Sequence record: SRR9188677_181
Strand: one strand, 5' to 3'
Length of the DNA stretch: 64,000 bases
Shown here one piece after another: positions 1 through 9,944 of the stretch. Within the stretch, counting starts at the first letter, position 1, and every line of letters begins with the position of its first letter. Both the position numbers and the translations under genes were made by a program. Under the pieces are notes generated by a model. The model worked only from the letters and a program-made list of their open reading frames with translations, was not told where the DNA came from and did not search any database.

Positions 1-1
1 A

Positions 2-142
2 AGCAGACTCAACAAAAAAGTATTCACAGCACTTCAAGTTTCCGAAAGAGTCGGGAAACTATTTTGCGAATTGATTGATGATAGAGTACTCATCAGCGGT
101 CAAGCCAAAACGTACTCAATTGGTACTTTATGGATGGAATGA
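2..142 (+). CDS. 3' end of a PhzF-family (phenazine biosynthesis-like/isomerase) protein, truncated by the window start
   Basis: Not in the ORF track. Frame from base 2 reads SRLNKKVFTALQVSERVGKLFCELIDDRVLISGQAKTYSIGTLWME* (TGA 140-142), which fits the PhzF C-terminal 'Q.S.R.G.L.C....RV.I.G.A' pattern. Confidence 0.75.
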   Translation, partial: SRLNKKVFTALQVSERVGKLFCELIDDRVLISGQAKTYSIGTLWME

Positions 143-224
143 GGTTGGTGAGTTTTTCTATCGTTAGAACTACTGAGGCTACTCAAACATTATCAAAACC
201 AAATTTCATGTGTAAATAAAAGTC

Positions 225-264
225 ATTTCGCAATGGGTAGTAAATACACCACCCATTGCGAAAT
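225..264. terminator. Inverted repeat, probable bidirectional terminator between convergent genes
   Basis: Perfect 14-bp arms ATTTCGCAATGGGT (225-238) and ACCCATTGCGAAAT (251-264), between the PhzF and DUF1080 stop codons. Confidence 0.65.
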
Positions 265-267
265 CAC

Positions 268-1002
268 CTACAATTCCTTTACCTTAATATTTCTAAAAGC
301 CACTCCTTTCGACCATTCTTGAAGGGCAATTCGACCAACAGTATTTTTACCGAATATCGGGAAATTCTTAAAGTAGCTATTACTGACCATTTTTTTCCAA
401 GTTTCAGCGGTTAAATCTTGTTCGGCAGTTAGTACTCCATTCAAATAAAATTCAATTTTCCCGTTGTTTTGTTTGATATTCGATTCGTTCCATTCGCCAA
501 ATGGTTTGAGTTTTGCCATATTCTTTTGAGGTGCAAAACTATACAAACAAGCAGACCATTTAGTGGAATCTTTTAGATAGTCTGCTCCAATATTTTCGTG
601 TTCGAGTAGCTGATATTCTGGCCCAGAAGCCCAAGCCGTCGGAATTGTATCTTGCTCAATTACATTGATAAAAACGCCACTATTGCCAGCTTTTGAGATT
701 TTCCATTCAAATTTTAAATCAAAATTTTTATATACTTTGTCTGAAACCAAATCGCCATGCAGTAAGTTTGCAGAATCTGGATTACACAATAATTCTTCGT
801 TTTTCACCATCCAAGTCGATGGTGCTTTTCCTTGGTTGTATAAATGCCAACCATTCGTGGTTTTCCCATCAAAAAGCAAAGTCCAACCTTCTTCTTTTTC
901 TTGGTCACTTAATTCATTATTAGCAACTTTTTTTTCAGAGCATGAACCTAATAGTGTAACGATTAAACCAAACGAAAGTAAGGAAATGATTGTCTTTTTC
1001 AT
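268..1002 (-). CDS. DUF1080 (3-keto-disaccharide hydrolase/hydratase family) lipoprotein
   Basis: Lipobox LLGSC; typical motifs GWTLLFDGKT, NSGVF, GPEYQLL, GEWN and FRNIKVKEL. Confidence 0.85.
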   Translation of the reverse strand: MKKTIISLLSFGLIVTLLGSCSEKKVANNELSDQEKEEGWTLLFDGKTTNGWHLYNQGKAPSTWMVKNEELLCNPDSANLLHGDLVSDKVYKNFDLKFEWKISKAGNSGVFINVIEQDTIPTAWASGPEYQLLEHENIGADYLKDSTKWSACLYSFAPQKNMAKLKPFGEWNESNIKQNNGKIEFYLNGVLTAEQDLTAETWKKMVSNSYFKNFPIFGKNTVGRIALQEWSKGVAFRNIKVKEL

Positions 1003-1264
1003 AAAGCTGTATTTTGATTGTTTAAGAATATTTTTTCATTCAAAAATACAAATAACGTTCTAGGATTATGACCCGCTTAGTTAGGAAAGACCCATTATGG
1101 CTGGCAAGCAAAGTGCTAAATTCAAAATTGATAAAATCCAGAATTTGACCGAAAATATATAACTTCAAGGTTTAGAAACTTTTGTTTACAAAAAGTAAGT
1201 AAATTCCTACCGTAAGAAACAACTATACAAAACATAAATTTTTAACATTAAACCTAAACAAAAC

Positions 1265-1540
1265 ATGTTTGAAAAAAAGGATTACTCGCAATTGACTCTT
1301 GAAGAGTTATTGATTGAAGAAAAAAAGATTAAACAAAATGAAACCCTCTCGGCAGGCTTAATAGGATTTTTAATTGGCGTAATGGTTTTCGGACTTGTAA
1401 AAAATGGTTTTGGTTTTCTCTATCTTGCTATTCCAATATTCTTGATCGGTGGAATTTACAAGAATTCTCAGGTTCAAAAACAAAATCTTAAAGAAATTCA
1501 AGTAGAAATCAACAACAAAAATGGGGAAAAAGATAAATAA
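1265..1540 (+). CDS. Small two-TM membrane protein of unknown function
   Basis: 91-aa ORF with an AT-rich leader, N-terminal 'DYSQLTLEELL', two hydrophobic segments and a coiled C-terminus; followed by a hairpin. Confidence 0.7.
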   Translation: MFEKKDYSQLTLEELLIEEKKIKQNETLSAGLIGFLIGVMVFGLVKNGFGFLYLAIPIFLIGGIYKNSQVQKQNLKEIQVEINNKNGEKDK

Positions 1541-1549
1541 ACCCTTGTC

Positions 1550-1588
1550 AATCAATAGGGGCGGACTTAAAGTCCACCCCTATTGATT
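1550..1588. terminator. GC-rich hairpin (bidirectional terminator or REP-like palindrome)
   Basis: AATCAATAGGGGCGGACTT-A-AAGTCCACCCCTATTGATT, a near-perfect inverted repeat between convergent genes. Confidence 0.65.
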
Positions 1589-1620
1589 TGATTGAAAGTA
1601 TAAACTAAAGGTAATATTTA

Positions 1621-3909
1621 TTACTCCATCACCACCACATCGCTTTTCCTAGATGCTGGCGAAACTGTTAGTTTTTCTATCTTTCCATTTTTCACGATGC
1701 CTTCAATCGTTGTGTTATAAGGTGCATGTAATTTGAATTGAGCATTCCAATCTTTTGGCCAAGCAGGTAATAAATAGATTTTTTTATCATCTACTTGCAT
1801 CAACATTTCTTGTAAACCAATCATTGCTGAACCGCCCCAATTATGGTCGGGCGTCCAGTCGAAAGCTGGTCCCCAAAAAGTAGGAAAACGATGATTTGCA
1901 TCTTTGAATTTCTCTCTTGTCAGTTCTTGTGCTTCTTGTTTCAAGCCTAAACGTGCCGCAAAAATACTGTGTTGTCGCCAACCGATATGCGTTCTATATT
2001 TCTGCACGTGTGGGTCTAAACGATAAGTATTGATAGCCGTTTCAAGATTTGGTTTTCCAAGTCCATAAAGTCCCCAAGGATAAACAGGATACAATTGTGG
2101 CGCTTCTGAATTCTGAATTCTTGCCCACGTTTGTGCTGGCGCAAGGGTTTTATGTCCTTCAATTTCCTGCAAAGGAATCGGCGGAATACGTTTTAACATC
2201 ACCGTCCATTTTTCTTTGCGAGTACTGTCAAGGTATTTTTCAGGAAGTTCGATTACTCTTGATAAAATTACTTTTAATGCTGAAATCACGGTAGTAGAAT
2301 TATAAGTCATCTTATAGCTTTCTGCGGCCGAACTTGGGTAAAAAATGTATTGTCCTTGCTCGTCAAAGGTTTTTACCCCACGTTTTCTGGCTAATTGCTG
2401 ATAATGTTCATCATAAAACGAAAGGCAACTTTCTATAAAAGGCACATATTCCGAAATATTTCTGCCTTCGTATCGCTCGGTTTCTAGCATCATCAAACAA
2501 AATTCCAACACCGTTTCCCATTCATATTCAAGCCAAGCGTTATACTCAATACCCGCATCATAGCCTTCTGGTCGTTTCAAACCATATTCAAAAACATTAG
2601 GTAACCCAAAATTTTCAATTTGTTCGGTAAAACAAGCTCCTGCATGATTCCAATAGACTTTACTCCTTAATTCCGCATTTTTCAGTGAGCGCAAGTAAAA
2701 ATCAAATTGAGGTTTCAGCATATCAAAATCTCCATTTTTAAACATCGGAAAATAAACCAAACGCTGATTTTGGGCAGTCATCGTTCCGCCACCCCAAAGT
2801 CTGAAATCTACCGAAAAAGGATAAATTTTATCGACATGAGCAGGATCAAAAGTAAATAATCCACCATTGAATTTTGTTGGCCATTTACCATAAGCATTGC
2901 AAGCCAATTGATAACGAAAGAGTTGATAATTGCGAGAAACAGTACTGTCTTTGCCTTCGATGTAGATATAACTTCTGTTCCAGAAATTTTTCCACCAAGT
3001 ACTTGTTTGCTGAAAAGCTTCTTTTTTATGATTTTCAGCTTCGGTTAAAATATTATTTAATCCTTTTTGCCATTCTTCAAAAGTTTCGGTTTGCGCAACG
3101 TGCAAAGCAATATCAATTTGCTGTGAACGACTGGCTTTGATACTTTCGAGCGACCAAACTTTAAAGTCAGTATCAGCATATTTCCCGAAAGTATTACCTA
3201 CAACTTTTAGATTTTTTCCTGAGATGATTCCACCAAAAGTATTGTTTTTGATAGGATTATAAAGTTGGTCTTTCACCGAATTCATCCCTTCCATTTTCAC
3301 GGTATAATCAAAAACGTTTTCTAGGTCACTCCTATTTCTGTGGTAAAAAAGAATGTTATTTCCTTGAAAATCAATATTATCTTTAAAAGTTTTTACTTCA
3401 AACTTCTGCTTTACTTTATAAGAATTGGCTCTTAATTCTTTTGAATCCGTGATAAGATGGTCTTCATTTCGCCAAGATTCGAAGGAAGTTTTTAGGGTAA
3501 TGGCTTTGTCACTTTGCAAATCAAGATGAACAAGGGGACGAAAAACATCTACCCAAATTTTCAATTTCGTTTTCCCAGCGGAAATACTCACAAAACCTTC
3601 TTCCAAATGTAATTCTTGTTTAAAATCAGAAGTATTAAAAGGATTGGAAGATAATTGAAGACGCACACGACCAAGCTTGAGGAAAGCATTGTTTTCATCA
3701 AAAGTACCGCTTCTGGAAAGGTAAAAAAGTACATCACCATTTTCAACCCAAACGTTCAACCCAATATCGCCACCGCCACATGGCATTGATTCAGACGAAT
3801 TTTTACTCTGGCTATTCCAAACGACATTGTAATCCCTTATTGATTTATTTTGTGCTTTTAGGCTCAAAAATAAACCAATCAAAACAACTGAAAGAATATA
3901 TTTTCTCAT
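1621..3909 (-). CDS. DUF5703 six-hairpin glycosidase, probable GH139 (alpha-2-O-methyl-L-fucosidase-like)
   Basis: Signal peptide (likely start MRKYIL at 3909; ORF track starts 3921). Motifs NSSESMPCGGGDIGLNVWVE, WGGGTMTAQNQRLVY and WTPDHNWGGS match my recollection of B. thetaiotaomicron BT0984 (GH139). Confidence 0.7.
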   Translation of the reverse strand: MRKYILSVVLIGLFLSLKAQNKSIRDYNVVWNSQSKNSSESMPCGGGDIGLNVWVENGDVLFYLSRSGTFDENNAFLKLGRVRLQLSSNPFNTSDFKQELHLEEGFVSISAGKTKLKIWVDVFRPLVHLDLQSDKAITLKTSFESWRNEDHLITDSKELRANSYKVKQKFEVKTFKDNIDFQGNNILFYHRNRSDLENVFDYTVKMEGMNSVKDQLYNPIKNNTFGGIISGKNLKVVGNTFGKYADTDFKVWSLESIKASRSQQIDIALHVAQTETFEEWQKGLNNILTEAENHKKEAFQQTSTWWKNFWNRSYIYIEGKDSTVSRNYQLFRYQLACNAYGKWPTKFNGGLFTFDPAHVDKIYPFSVDFRLWGGGTMTAQNQRLVYFPMFKNGDFDMLKPQFDFYLRSLKNAELRSKVYWNHAGACFTEQIENFGLPNVFEYGLKRPEGYDAGIEYNAWLEYEWETVLEFCLMMLETERYEGRNISEYVPFIESCLSFYDEHYQQLARKRGVKTFDEQGQYIFYPSSAAESYKMTYNSTTVISALKVILSRVIELPEKYLDSTRKEKWTVMLKRIPPIPLQEIEGHKTLAPAQTWARIQNSEAPQLYPVYPWGLYGLGKPNLETAINTYRLDPHVQKYRTHIGWRQHSIFAARLGLKQEAQELTREKFKDANHRFPTFWGPAFDWTPDHNWGGSAMIGLQEMLMQVDDKKIYLLPAWPKDWNAQFKLHAPYNTTIEGIVKNGKIEKLTVSPASRKSDVVVME

Positions 3910-3925
3910 TTTAAATTGCACGATT

Positions 3926-5035
3926 TTATACTCTTGTTAATTTTACGGGTGCTGTATGATTGGCATTCCACTGGCAGATATACAAGTTTTTGTCTTCATC
4001 CACACAAACATCATGTCCGTGTTGGAAAATAGGATTTGTAGCTTGTAAGGTAGCTTGCAAAATTCCATTTTTATAGGTCGGCGCCGTTCCTCCCGGACTA
4101 GAAACTACTTTATTATTTTTATCCAGAATGGTTACAAAACCAGAATCACCTCCTAATTTTTGCCCGTTCGCATCCTTTGACCAGCATACTCCTGCATAAA
4201 CATTTTCAGCATCAAGTACGGGGCGACAAACGTACATTCCTGGCAAATCTACTCTTTTGATAAACTTTCCATCTAAAGTGAAGAATTTAAAGCAATTTTC
4301 ATCACGAGAAGTACAAATCAATACTGGATTATTTTTGTCTCGTAAATCAATCGCCACGCCGTGGGCATTGTACAAATTATGTTCTTTGTTTGCATTATGC
4401 TGTCCGCCAAAATGGCGAATATATTGACCACGACTATTGTACTGAATGATATAATCTGAGCCATACCCATCAGCTACATAAATATCTCCGTTGGGCGCAA
4501 CGGCTGTTTCGGTTGGCATAAATGGCTCATTATCTTTATAAATACCAATAGTGCGTGGGTGACCGATTGTAAAAATCACTCTCCCGTTCAAATCAGTTTT
4601 TAATACTTGCCCTGCCTGAGGATTCCATTTTCCAGTTTTATCTTGATACCAACCGCAATCTACAATTAATAAAAAATCTTCTCCGCCTTCTTTTGTCAAT
4701 GTCAAACCATGTCCTCCAGGAAAAGCCGTTCCCCAAAAATCAAGAAGTTTGCCAGATTTATCAAAAATTAAAATATTGTTTCTGACATTATCGCCCAACA
4801 TAATCAATCGCCCCTTGCTGTCTTGCACCATTTCGTGGCAATTGAAAATCGGATTTGAATTCGCACTGATTTTTGCCCAACTTTTATCTACTTTATATTT
4901 AAAATCTCCATGACCAATGATTAATTCTTCCGCTTTTTTATCTTGATGCAAGATAGAAAAACCAAAGCTTGAACTTGATAAAGTAGTAGCAGTAGCGAGC
5001 GTTGTATTTTTAATAAAATTTCTTCTGGTTGTCAT
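3926..5035 (-). CDS. Tat-exported six-bladed NHL beta-propeller, PAL (peptidyl-alpha-hydroxyglycine alpha-amidating lyase)-like
   Basis: Tat motif TRRNFIK; NHL blades; motifs GGHGL, YVADGY, NAHGVAID, TSRDEN and HGHDVCVD. Confidence 0.75.
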   Translation of the reverse strand: MTTRRNFIKNTTLATATTLSSSSFGFSILHQDKKAEELIIGHGDFKYKVDKSWAKISANSNPIFNCHEMVQDSKGRLIMLGDNVRNNILIFDKSGKLLDFWGTAFPGGHGLTLTKEGGEDFLLIVDCGWYQDKTGKWNPQAGQVLKTDLNGRVIFTIGHPRTIGIYKDNEPFMPTETAVAPNGDIYVADGYGSDYIIQYNSRGQYIRHFGGQHNANKEHNLYNAHGVAIDLRDKNNPVLICTSRDENCFKFFTLDGKFIKRVDLPGMYVCRPVLDAENVYAGVCWSKDANGQKLGGDSGFVTILDKNNKVVSSPGGTAPTYKNGILQATLQATNPIFQHGHDVCVDEDKNLYICQWNANHTAPVKLTRV

Positions 5036-5061
5036 AGTTATTAGGTTCTGATTGATTGAAA

Positions 5062-6579
5062 TTAAGCTAAAATATCCTTCACTACTTTGCCATGCACATC
5101 GGTCAATCGGAATCTTCTTCCTTGAAACTTATAGGTCAGACGTTCGTGGTCAACGCCCATCAAGTGCATTAAAGTAGCTTGAAAATCATGCACATGAACG
5201 GGGTCTTTTACAATATTATAGCTAAAATCATCCGTTTCTCCATAGCTCAAGCCAGCTTTTACACCAGCGCCAGCCATCCACATGGTAAAGCATCTTGGGT
5301 GATGGTCACGACCATAATCATTCGCACTGAGTTTTCCTTGCGAATAAACCGTTCTGCCAAATTCACCACCCCAAATCACCAAAGTATCTTCTAGCATTCC
5401 TCTTCTTTTTAGGTCTTTGATAAGTGCTGCTGTGGCTTGGTCTGTACTTTTACATTGTTGGGTAATTCCTTGTGGAAGTCCGCCATGTTGGTCCCAACCT
5501 TGATGATATAATTGTACAAATTTTACATCTTTTTCCAACAATTTTCTGGCTAAAAGGCAATTCGCCGCATACGTTCCCGCATCACGACTATCGGCTCCGT
5601 ACAAATCAAATACTTCGTCTGGTTCATCGGCTGTACTCATTACTTCTGGCACAGAAGTTTGCATACGATACGCCATTTCGTACTGTGCAATTCTGGCTTC
5701 TACTTCTGGGTCGGCATAAGTATCGTTTTGTAGTTTATTGAGTTTTGAAAGATAATCCAACATTTCTTTGCGGTCTTTGCCATCATATCCTTCGGGGTCA
5801 TTTAAAAACAAAACAGGGTCTTTGCCCGACCTAAACTGAACGCCTTGATGTTTGGAAGGCAAAAAGCCATTTCCCCACAAACGAGCATAAAGTGGCTGGT
5901 CTTTCTGACCATTTTTAGAAACCAATACAATAAAAGTTGGTAAATTCTGATTATCAGAACCCAAACCATAACTCACCCAAGAACCGATTGACGGTCGTCC
6001 GGGAAGTTGATTTCCTGTCTGAAAAAAAGTAATGGCAGGGTCATGATTAATGGCTTCTGAATGAATAGATTTAATGATACACAATTCATCTACCACTTGT
6101 GCTGTATGTGGTAACAATTCGCTAATCCACGTTTGGCTTTGCCCGTGTTGATTGAATTTAAAAGCAGAAGGCACCATCGGCAAAGCACTTTGGTTGGCAC
6201 TCATACCCGTCAATCTTTGTCCTTTTCTAACAGAATCTGGTAAATTTTGTCCTGCTAAACTGATGAGTTTGGGCTTATAATCAAAAGTTTCAAACTGCGA
6301 AGGACCGCCACTCATAAACAAATAAACTACTCTTTTAGCTTTGGGGGCAATATGTGGCAAAGCCTTTAGAATTTCTTCTTCAAGATTAGGAGTACTTTCT
6401 TGAACAATCTTTTTGGGTGCATCAAAAAAGCCAGATACACCAGTCAGCAATGAGCCAACTGCCAAAGAACCTAAACCCAAAGAGGTTTTGGTCAAGAAAT
6501 TTCTTCTGTCTAATTTATTATGTAAATGGTTGAATTCGGGCGTGTGAAGCCTAAATTCTTCGTCATGATGATGTGCCAT
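5062..6579 (-). CDS. DUF1501 protein (alkaline phosphatase/sulfatase-like fold), Tat-exported
   Basis: Tat motif DRRNFL; DUF1501 motifs LFMSGGPSQFETFDYKP, GWDQH, WGGEFGRT and GRDHHP. Confidence 0.85.
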   Translation of the reverse strand: MAHHHDEEFRLHTPEFNHLHNKLDRRNFLTKTSLGLGSLAVGSLLTGVSGFFDAPKKIVQESTPNLEEEILKALPHIAPKAKRVVYLFMSGGPSQFETFDYKPKLISLAGQNLPDSVRKGQRLTGMSANQSALPMVPSAFKFNQHGQSQTWISELLPHTAQVVDELCIIKSIHSEAINHDPAITFFQTGNQLPGRPSIGSWVSYGLGSDNQNLPTFIVLVSKNGQKDQPLYARLWGNGFLPSKHQGVQFRSGKDPVLFLNDPEGYDGKDRKEMLDYLSKLNKLQNDTYADPEVEARIAQYEMAYRMQTSVPEVMSTADEPDEVFDLYGADSRDAGTYAANCLLARKLLEKDVKFVQLYHQGWDQHGGLPQGITQQCKSTDQATAALIKDLKRRGMLEDTLVIWGGEFGRTVYSQGKLSANDYGRDHHPRCFTMWMAGAGVKAGLSYGETDDFSYNIVKDPVHVHDFQATLMHLMGVDHERLTYKFQGRRFRLTDVHGKVVKDILA

Positions 6580-6582
6580 TTT

Positions 6583-9500
6583 CTATCTTTTGGTTAAAGT
6601 AGCATCAGAATTTAAAATTGTATTCGCCACCACGGCATTGGCTGCAATCAATGAAGTATCCATTTTTTTATCTACTTGATATTGCCCAGCCTTCAAAATA
6701 CCTTTTGCTTTTTGTGGATGTTGCTTAAATTTTGCCAACGATATTTGTTGAAGTTGTACCAATAATGTTACTTCTTTATTCTGTGGCATTCTTCCCGTTA
6801 GCTTTCGATAAGTATCAATAATTGCTTTTCTAACATCTGGAGTTCTTGCCATTTGCTCGCCCATTACTCTACTTGCTTCCACAAAAGTTGGGTCGTTTAA
6901 TGTTACTAAAGCTTGCAAAGGCGTATTAGTTTTTTGTCGCCTCACTACACAAAAGCTTCTTGAAGTAGCATCAAAAGTTGCTAAAGTAGGATTCGGAACG
7001 GCTCTTTTTACAACAACGTATAAACTTCTACGATAGACCGATTTTCCAGAATCTGCTTTATAAGTAGTGTTATTAATTTCCCAAAGTCCTTCTGGTTGAT
7101 AAGGTTTTACACTTTTCCCACCAATGATAGGATTCAACAATCCGCTTGCCATGAGCGCATTATCTCGAATCATTTCTGCCGTCATTCTGTTGACTGGTCC
7201 ATGCGCCAATAAGCGATTTTCAGGGTCTTTTTCTCTCGCTTCTTTCGTCGCACGGGAATCTTGTCTGTAAGTAGCCGACATTACAATCAATTTATTGAGC
7301 TTTTTAACATCCCAACCAGATTCTCTGAAAGTAATTGCCAACCAATCTAACAATTTTGGATGCGTTGGCATTTCTCCTTGGTTTCCAAAATCTTCCGTTG
7401 TTTTTACTAAACCAACACCAAAGAAATTTTGCCAAAAACGATTTACAGCTACTCTTGCCGTCAGCGGATGGTCTTCATGCGTAAGCCATTGTGCTAAGCC
7501 AAAACGATTTTTAGGTAAATTTTCAGGATAACTTAAAATGGATTCTGGCGTATTCGGAAATACTTCTTCCCCAAAAGCATCATAATTACCACGAAGTAAA
7601 ATATGTGCTTTTTTAGGTTTTGGCATTTCTTGCATCACCATCAATTCATCAACTTTTTCTGTTGAATCTGCTAAGGCAGTCCGCAATTGCGTTAATACTT
7701 TTCTTGAATTTTGTAATGCAGGAGAAACTGCTGATAAGTAATATTGCTTCAAAGCTGATACTTCTTGTCCCGAAAGTTGATTGCTATTTTTATTGGCTAA
7801 TCTCGACCAATTAGCTTTTCGAGCCAATATTTTTAATTCATGAGGACTCAACACTCGGTTATAGACCGAAATATCATCTACTTTCCCATTTTTAAAACCC
7901 AAACCACGCCACCAAGCGCCAATTTGCAAACCCGGTTGTACATTAAAACCAAACAAAATATCTTTGGTCAATTGATCTGTTGTGGTTTCCATCGCCATTT
8001 CATCTCCATTTTGATACAACCTAAAACCATTTGCTTTTGACGAACCATCATAAGTAATCGTCAATTGAATCCATTGATTACGAATAACTGGCTGTTTTGA
8101 AATTTTTGTGATGGCATTTGATGGAGCTGTGTGTGCCATATTGATTTCTAAACGATTGTTTTTCAAGTACAAATGATAACCTCTGAAATTATACAATCGC
8201 TCTGCTTGGCTTTTGTGTAGAATTACTCCTTCTTTCAAATCTTTGGGAATATTTACCCAAACACCGACTGAAAATGCTTGAGATTTTCTGAAAACACCAA
8301 CTTGGTTCAAATCCAGAAAAACATCTCCATTCATCAGCATTGATTTTCCGCTTGCTATATTTTCTAAAACAGGTTTATCACCCAATTGTCCCGATTCTCT
8401 TTTCATAACACCCACTTGTTTTGGATTGACTGAATTTTTCAAAGAACCGTCGTCAAAAGTAAAAAATGCCTGTAAACCAGCCTTTGGAATACTTTCTTTC
8501 GCAAGATTTTGATAGCTTTTATTGGCGAGCCACAGCTGAAAATTTTGATTTTCTTGAGTAACTGTTTGAGCTATTACTTTTTCTTGTTGGGCAATTTTGG
8601 TATTGATAAAATGAAGTATTTGTTCTTGTTGCTTGCTTGGCAACATCATCGTTGGGCTTGGCAAAGCATCATCCCAAGAGATTTGTCCCGCTTCTTTTAT
8701 ATTGTTAAAAAAACTGAATAATTGATAATAATTTTTCTGAGAAATAGGGTCATATTTATGGTCATGACATTTGGCACAGCCTACCGAAAGCCCTAAAAAA
8801 GCATCGCCAAAAGTATTGGTTCTGTCAATTACATACTCGGTTTGGAATTCTTCTTCCACAATTCCACCTTCCATATTTTGCTGATGATTGCGGTTAAATG
8901 CTGTGGCAATCATCATTTCTTTACTTGGTTTTGGCATCAAATCGCCCGCCAATTGCCAATGCACAAATTTGTCGTAAGGCAAATTTTTATTGAAAGCATT
9001 AATGACAAAATCACGGTAAGGCGACATATCTCGCAATCTATCCACCGTATAACCGTGTGAATCTGCAAAACGAGCTAAATCTAGCCAATCCACAGCCATT
9101 TTTTCGCCATAATGTGGCGAATTTAGCAATCTGTTTACTTGCTTTTCGTAAGCGTCTGGAGTATTATCTTTTAAAAAAACGTCTATTTCTTGAATTGTTG
9201 GCGGTAATCCTGTTAAATCAAGCGATAAACGGCGCAATAAAATTTCTTTAGGAGCTTCTTTGGAAGGGACTAATTTTTCTTGACTCAATTTCTCCTGAAT
9301 AAAATTATCAATCGGATTTTTCACCAATTCTTCATTTTCTACTTCAGGTACATCTGGCATTTCAGGCTTTACAAAAGCCCAATGTGTTTTATATTCTGCT
9401 CCTTTTTTTATCCATTGAATTAAAATTGCTTTCTCTTTAGCACTTAAACTTAAATGCGATTCAGGAGTGGGCATTATATAATTTGGGTCGTCGGAAATGA

Positions 9501-9810
9501 TTCTGTGAAAGAATTCACTATCTGCCAAATTTCTGGGATTGATGGCTACTTTATTCGGATTTTCTGGTAAATCTGCATAAGCAAATTCGGCTAAATCTAA
9601 TCGTAAACCAGCTTTTTGCTTAGCTTTGTCGGGTCCATGACAAGCAAAACACTTATCTGAAAGAATGGGTTTTACATGAATATTATAATCCAATTCATCA
9701 GGAAGTTCCTTCATGGCAATTTCAACCTCTTCGGGTAATTTCGGCGAACAGGAAAGCAAAGAAAAACTTGCCAAGAAAATTAATATCAACAATAGTCGGT
9801 TCATTATCAT
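6583..9810 (-). CDS. Planctomycete-type cytochrome c / DUF1549 / LamG-like / DUF1553 lipoprotein
   Basis: Lipobox LLSCS (start probably 9810 or 9804; ORF track 9834). CxxCH motifs CFACH and CAKCH; HWAFVKP, WLDLARFADSHG, central LamG-like region (..GKVDDISVYNRVLS), HPLTARVAVNRFWQ and NTPLQALVTLND. Confidence 0.85.
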   Translation of the reverse strand: MIMNRLLLILIFLASFSLLSCSPKLPEEVEIAMKELPDELDYNIHVKPILSDKCFACHGPDKAKQKAGLRLDLAEFAYADLPENPNKVAINPRNLADSEFFHRIISDDPNYIMPTPESHLSLSAKEKAILIQWIKKGAEYKTHWAFVKPEMPDVPEVENEELVKNPIDNFIQEKLSQEKLVPSKEAPKEILLRRLSLDLTGLPPTIQEIDVFLKDNTPDAYEKQVNRLLNSPHYGEKMAVDWLDLARFADSHGYTVDRLRDMSPYRDFVINAFNKNLPYDKFVHWQLAGDLMPKPSKEMMIATAFNRNHQQNMEGGIVEEEFQTEYVIDRTNTFGDAFLGLSVGCAKCHDHKYDPISQKNYYQLFSFFNNIKEAGQISWDDALPSPTMMLPSKQQEQILHFINTKIAQQEKVIAQTVTQENQNFQLWLANKSYQNLAKESIPKAGLQAFFTFDDGSLKNSVNPKQVGVMKRESGQLGDKPVLENIASGKSMLMNGDVFLDLNQVGVFRKSQAFSVGVWVNIPKDLKEGVILHKSQAERLYNFRGYHLYLKNNRLEINMAHTAPSNAITKISKQPVIRNQWIQLTITYDGSSKANGFRLYQNGDEMAMETTTDQLTKDILFGFNVQPGLQIGAWWRGLGFKNGKVDDISVYNRVLSPHELKILARKANWSRLANKNSNQLSGQEVSALKQYYLSAVSPALQNSRKVLTQLRTALADSTEKVDELMVMQEMPKPKKAHILLRGNYDAFGEEVFPNTPESILSYPENLPKNRFGLAQWLTHEDHPLTARVAVNRFWQNFFGVGLVKTTEDFGNQGEMPTHPKLLDWLAITFRESGWDVKKLNKLIVMSATYRQDSRATKEAREKDPENRLLAHGPVNRMTAEMIRDNALMASGLLNPIIGGKSVKPYQPEGLWEINNTTYKADSGKSVYRRSLYVVVKRAVPNPTLATFDATSRSFCVVRRQKTNTPLQALVTLNDPTFVEASRVMGEQMARTPDVRKAIIDTYRKLTGRMPQNKEVTLLVQLQQISLAKFKQHPQKAKGILKAGQYQVDKKMDTSLIAANAVVANTILNSDATLTKR

Positions 9811-9831
9811 AAAATTGAGCAAACAATTCCA

Positions 9832-9896
9832 CAAATCTATAATACAATATATTATTAATATTATACAAAACTGACGAATATTTTCACAAATCCGAC
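9832..9896 (-). promoter_or_regulatory. Promoter of the DUF1553 operon with tandem AraC-type half-sites
   Basis: + strand CAAATCTA (9832-9839; TAGATTTG -7 box on the minus strand), a 22-nt gap, then TATACAAAACTGAC (9862) and TTCACAAATCCGAC (9883), 21 bp apart; divergent AraC gene adjacent. Confidence 0.6.
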
Positions 9897-9944
9897 TTTT
9901 ATGAATATTTTTACAAAAGGAATCAAGCTGATAAAATAAATAAA

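Noticed and set aside
5062-6579. DUF1501 protein as a classical sulfatase
   Set aside because: No C/S-x-P-x-R formylglycine motif is visible.
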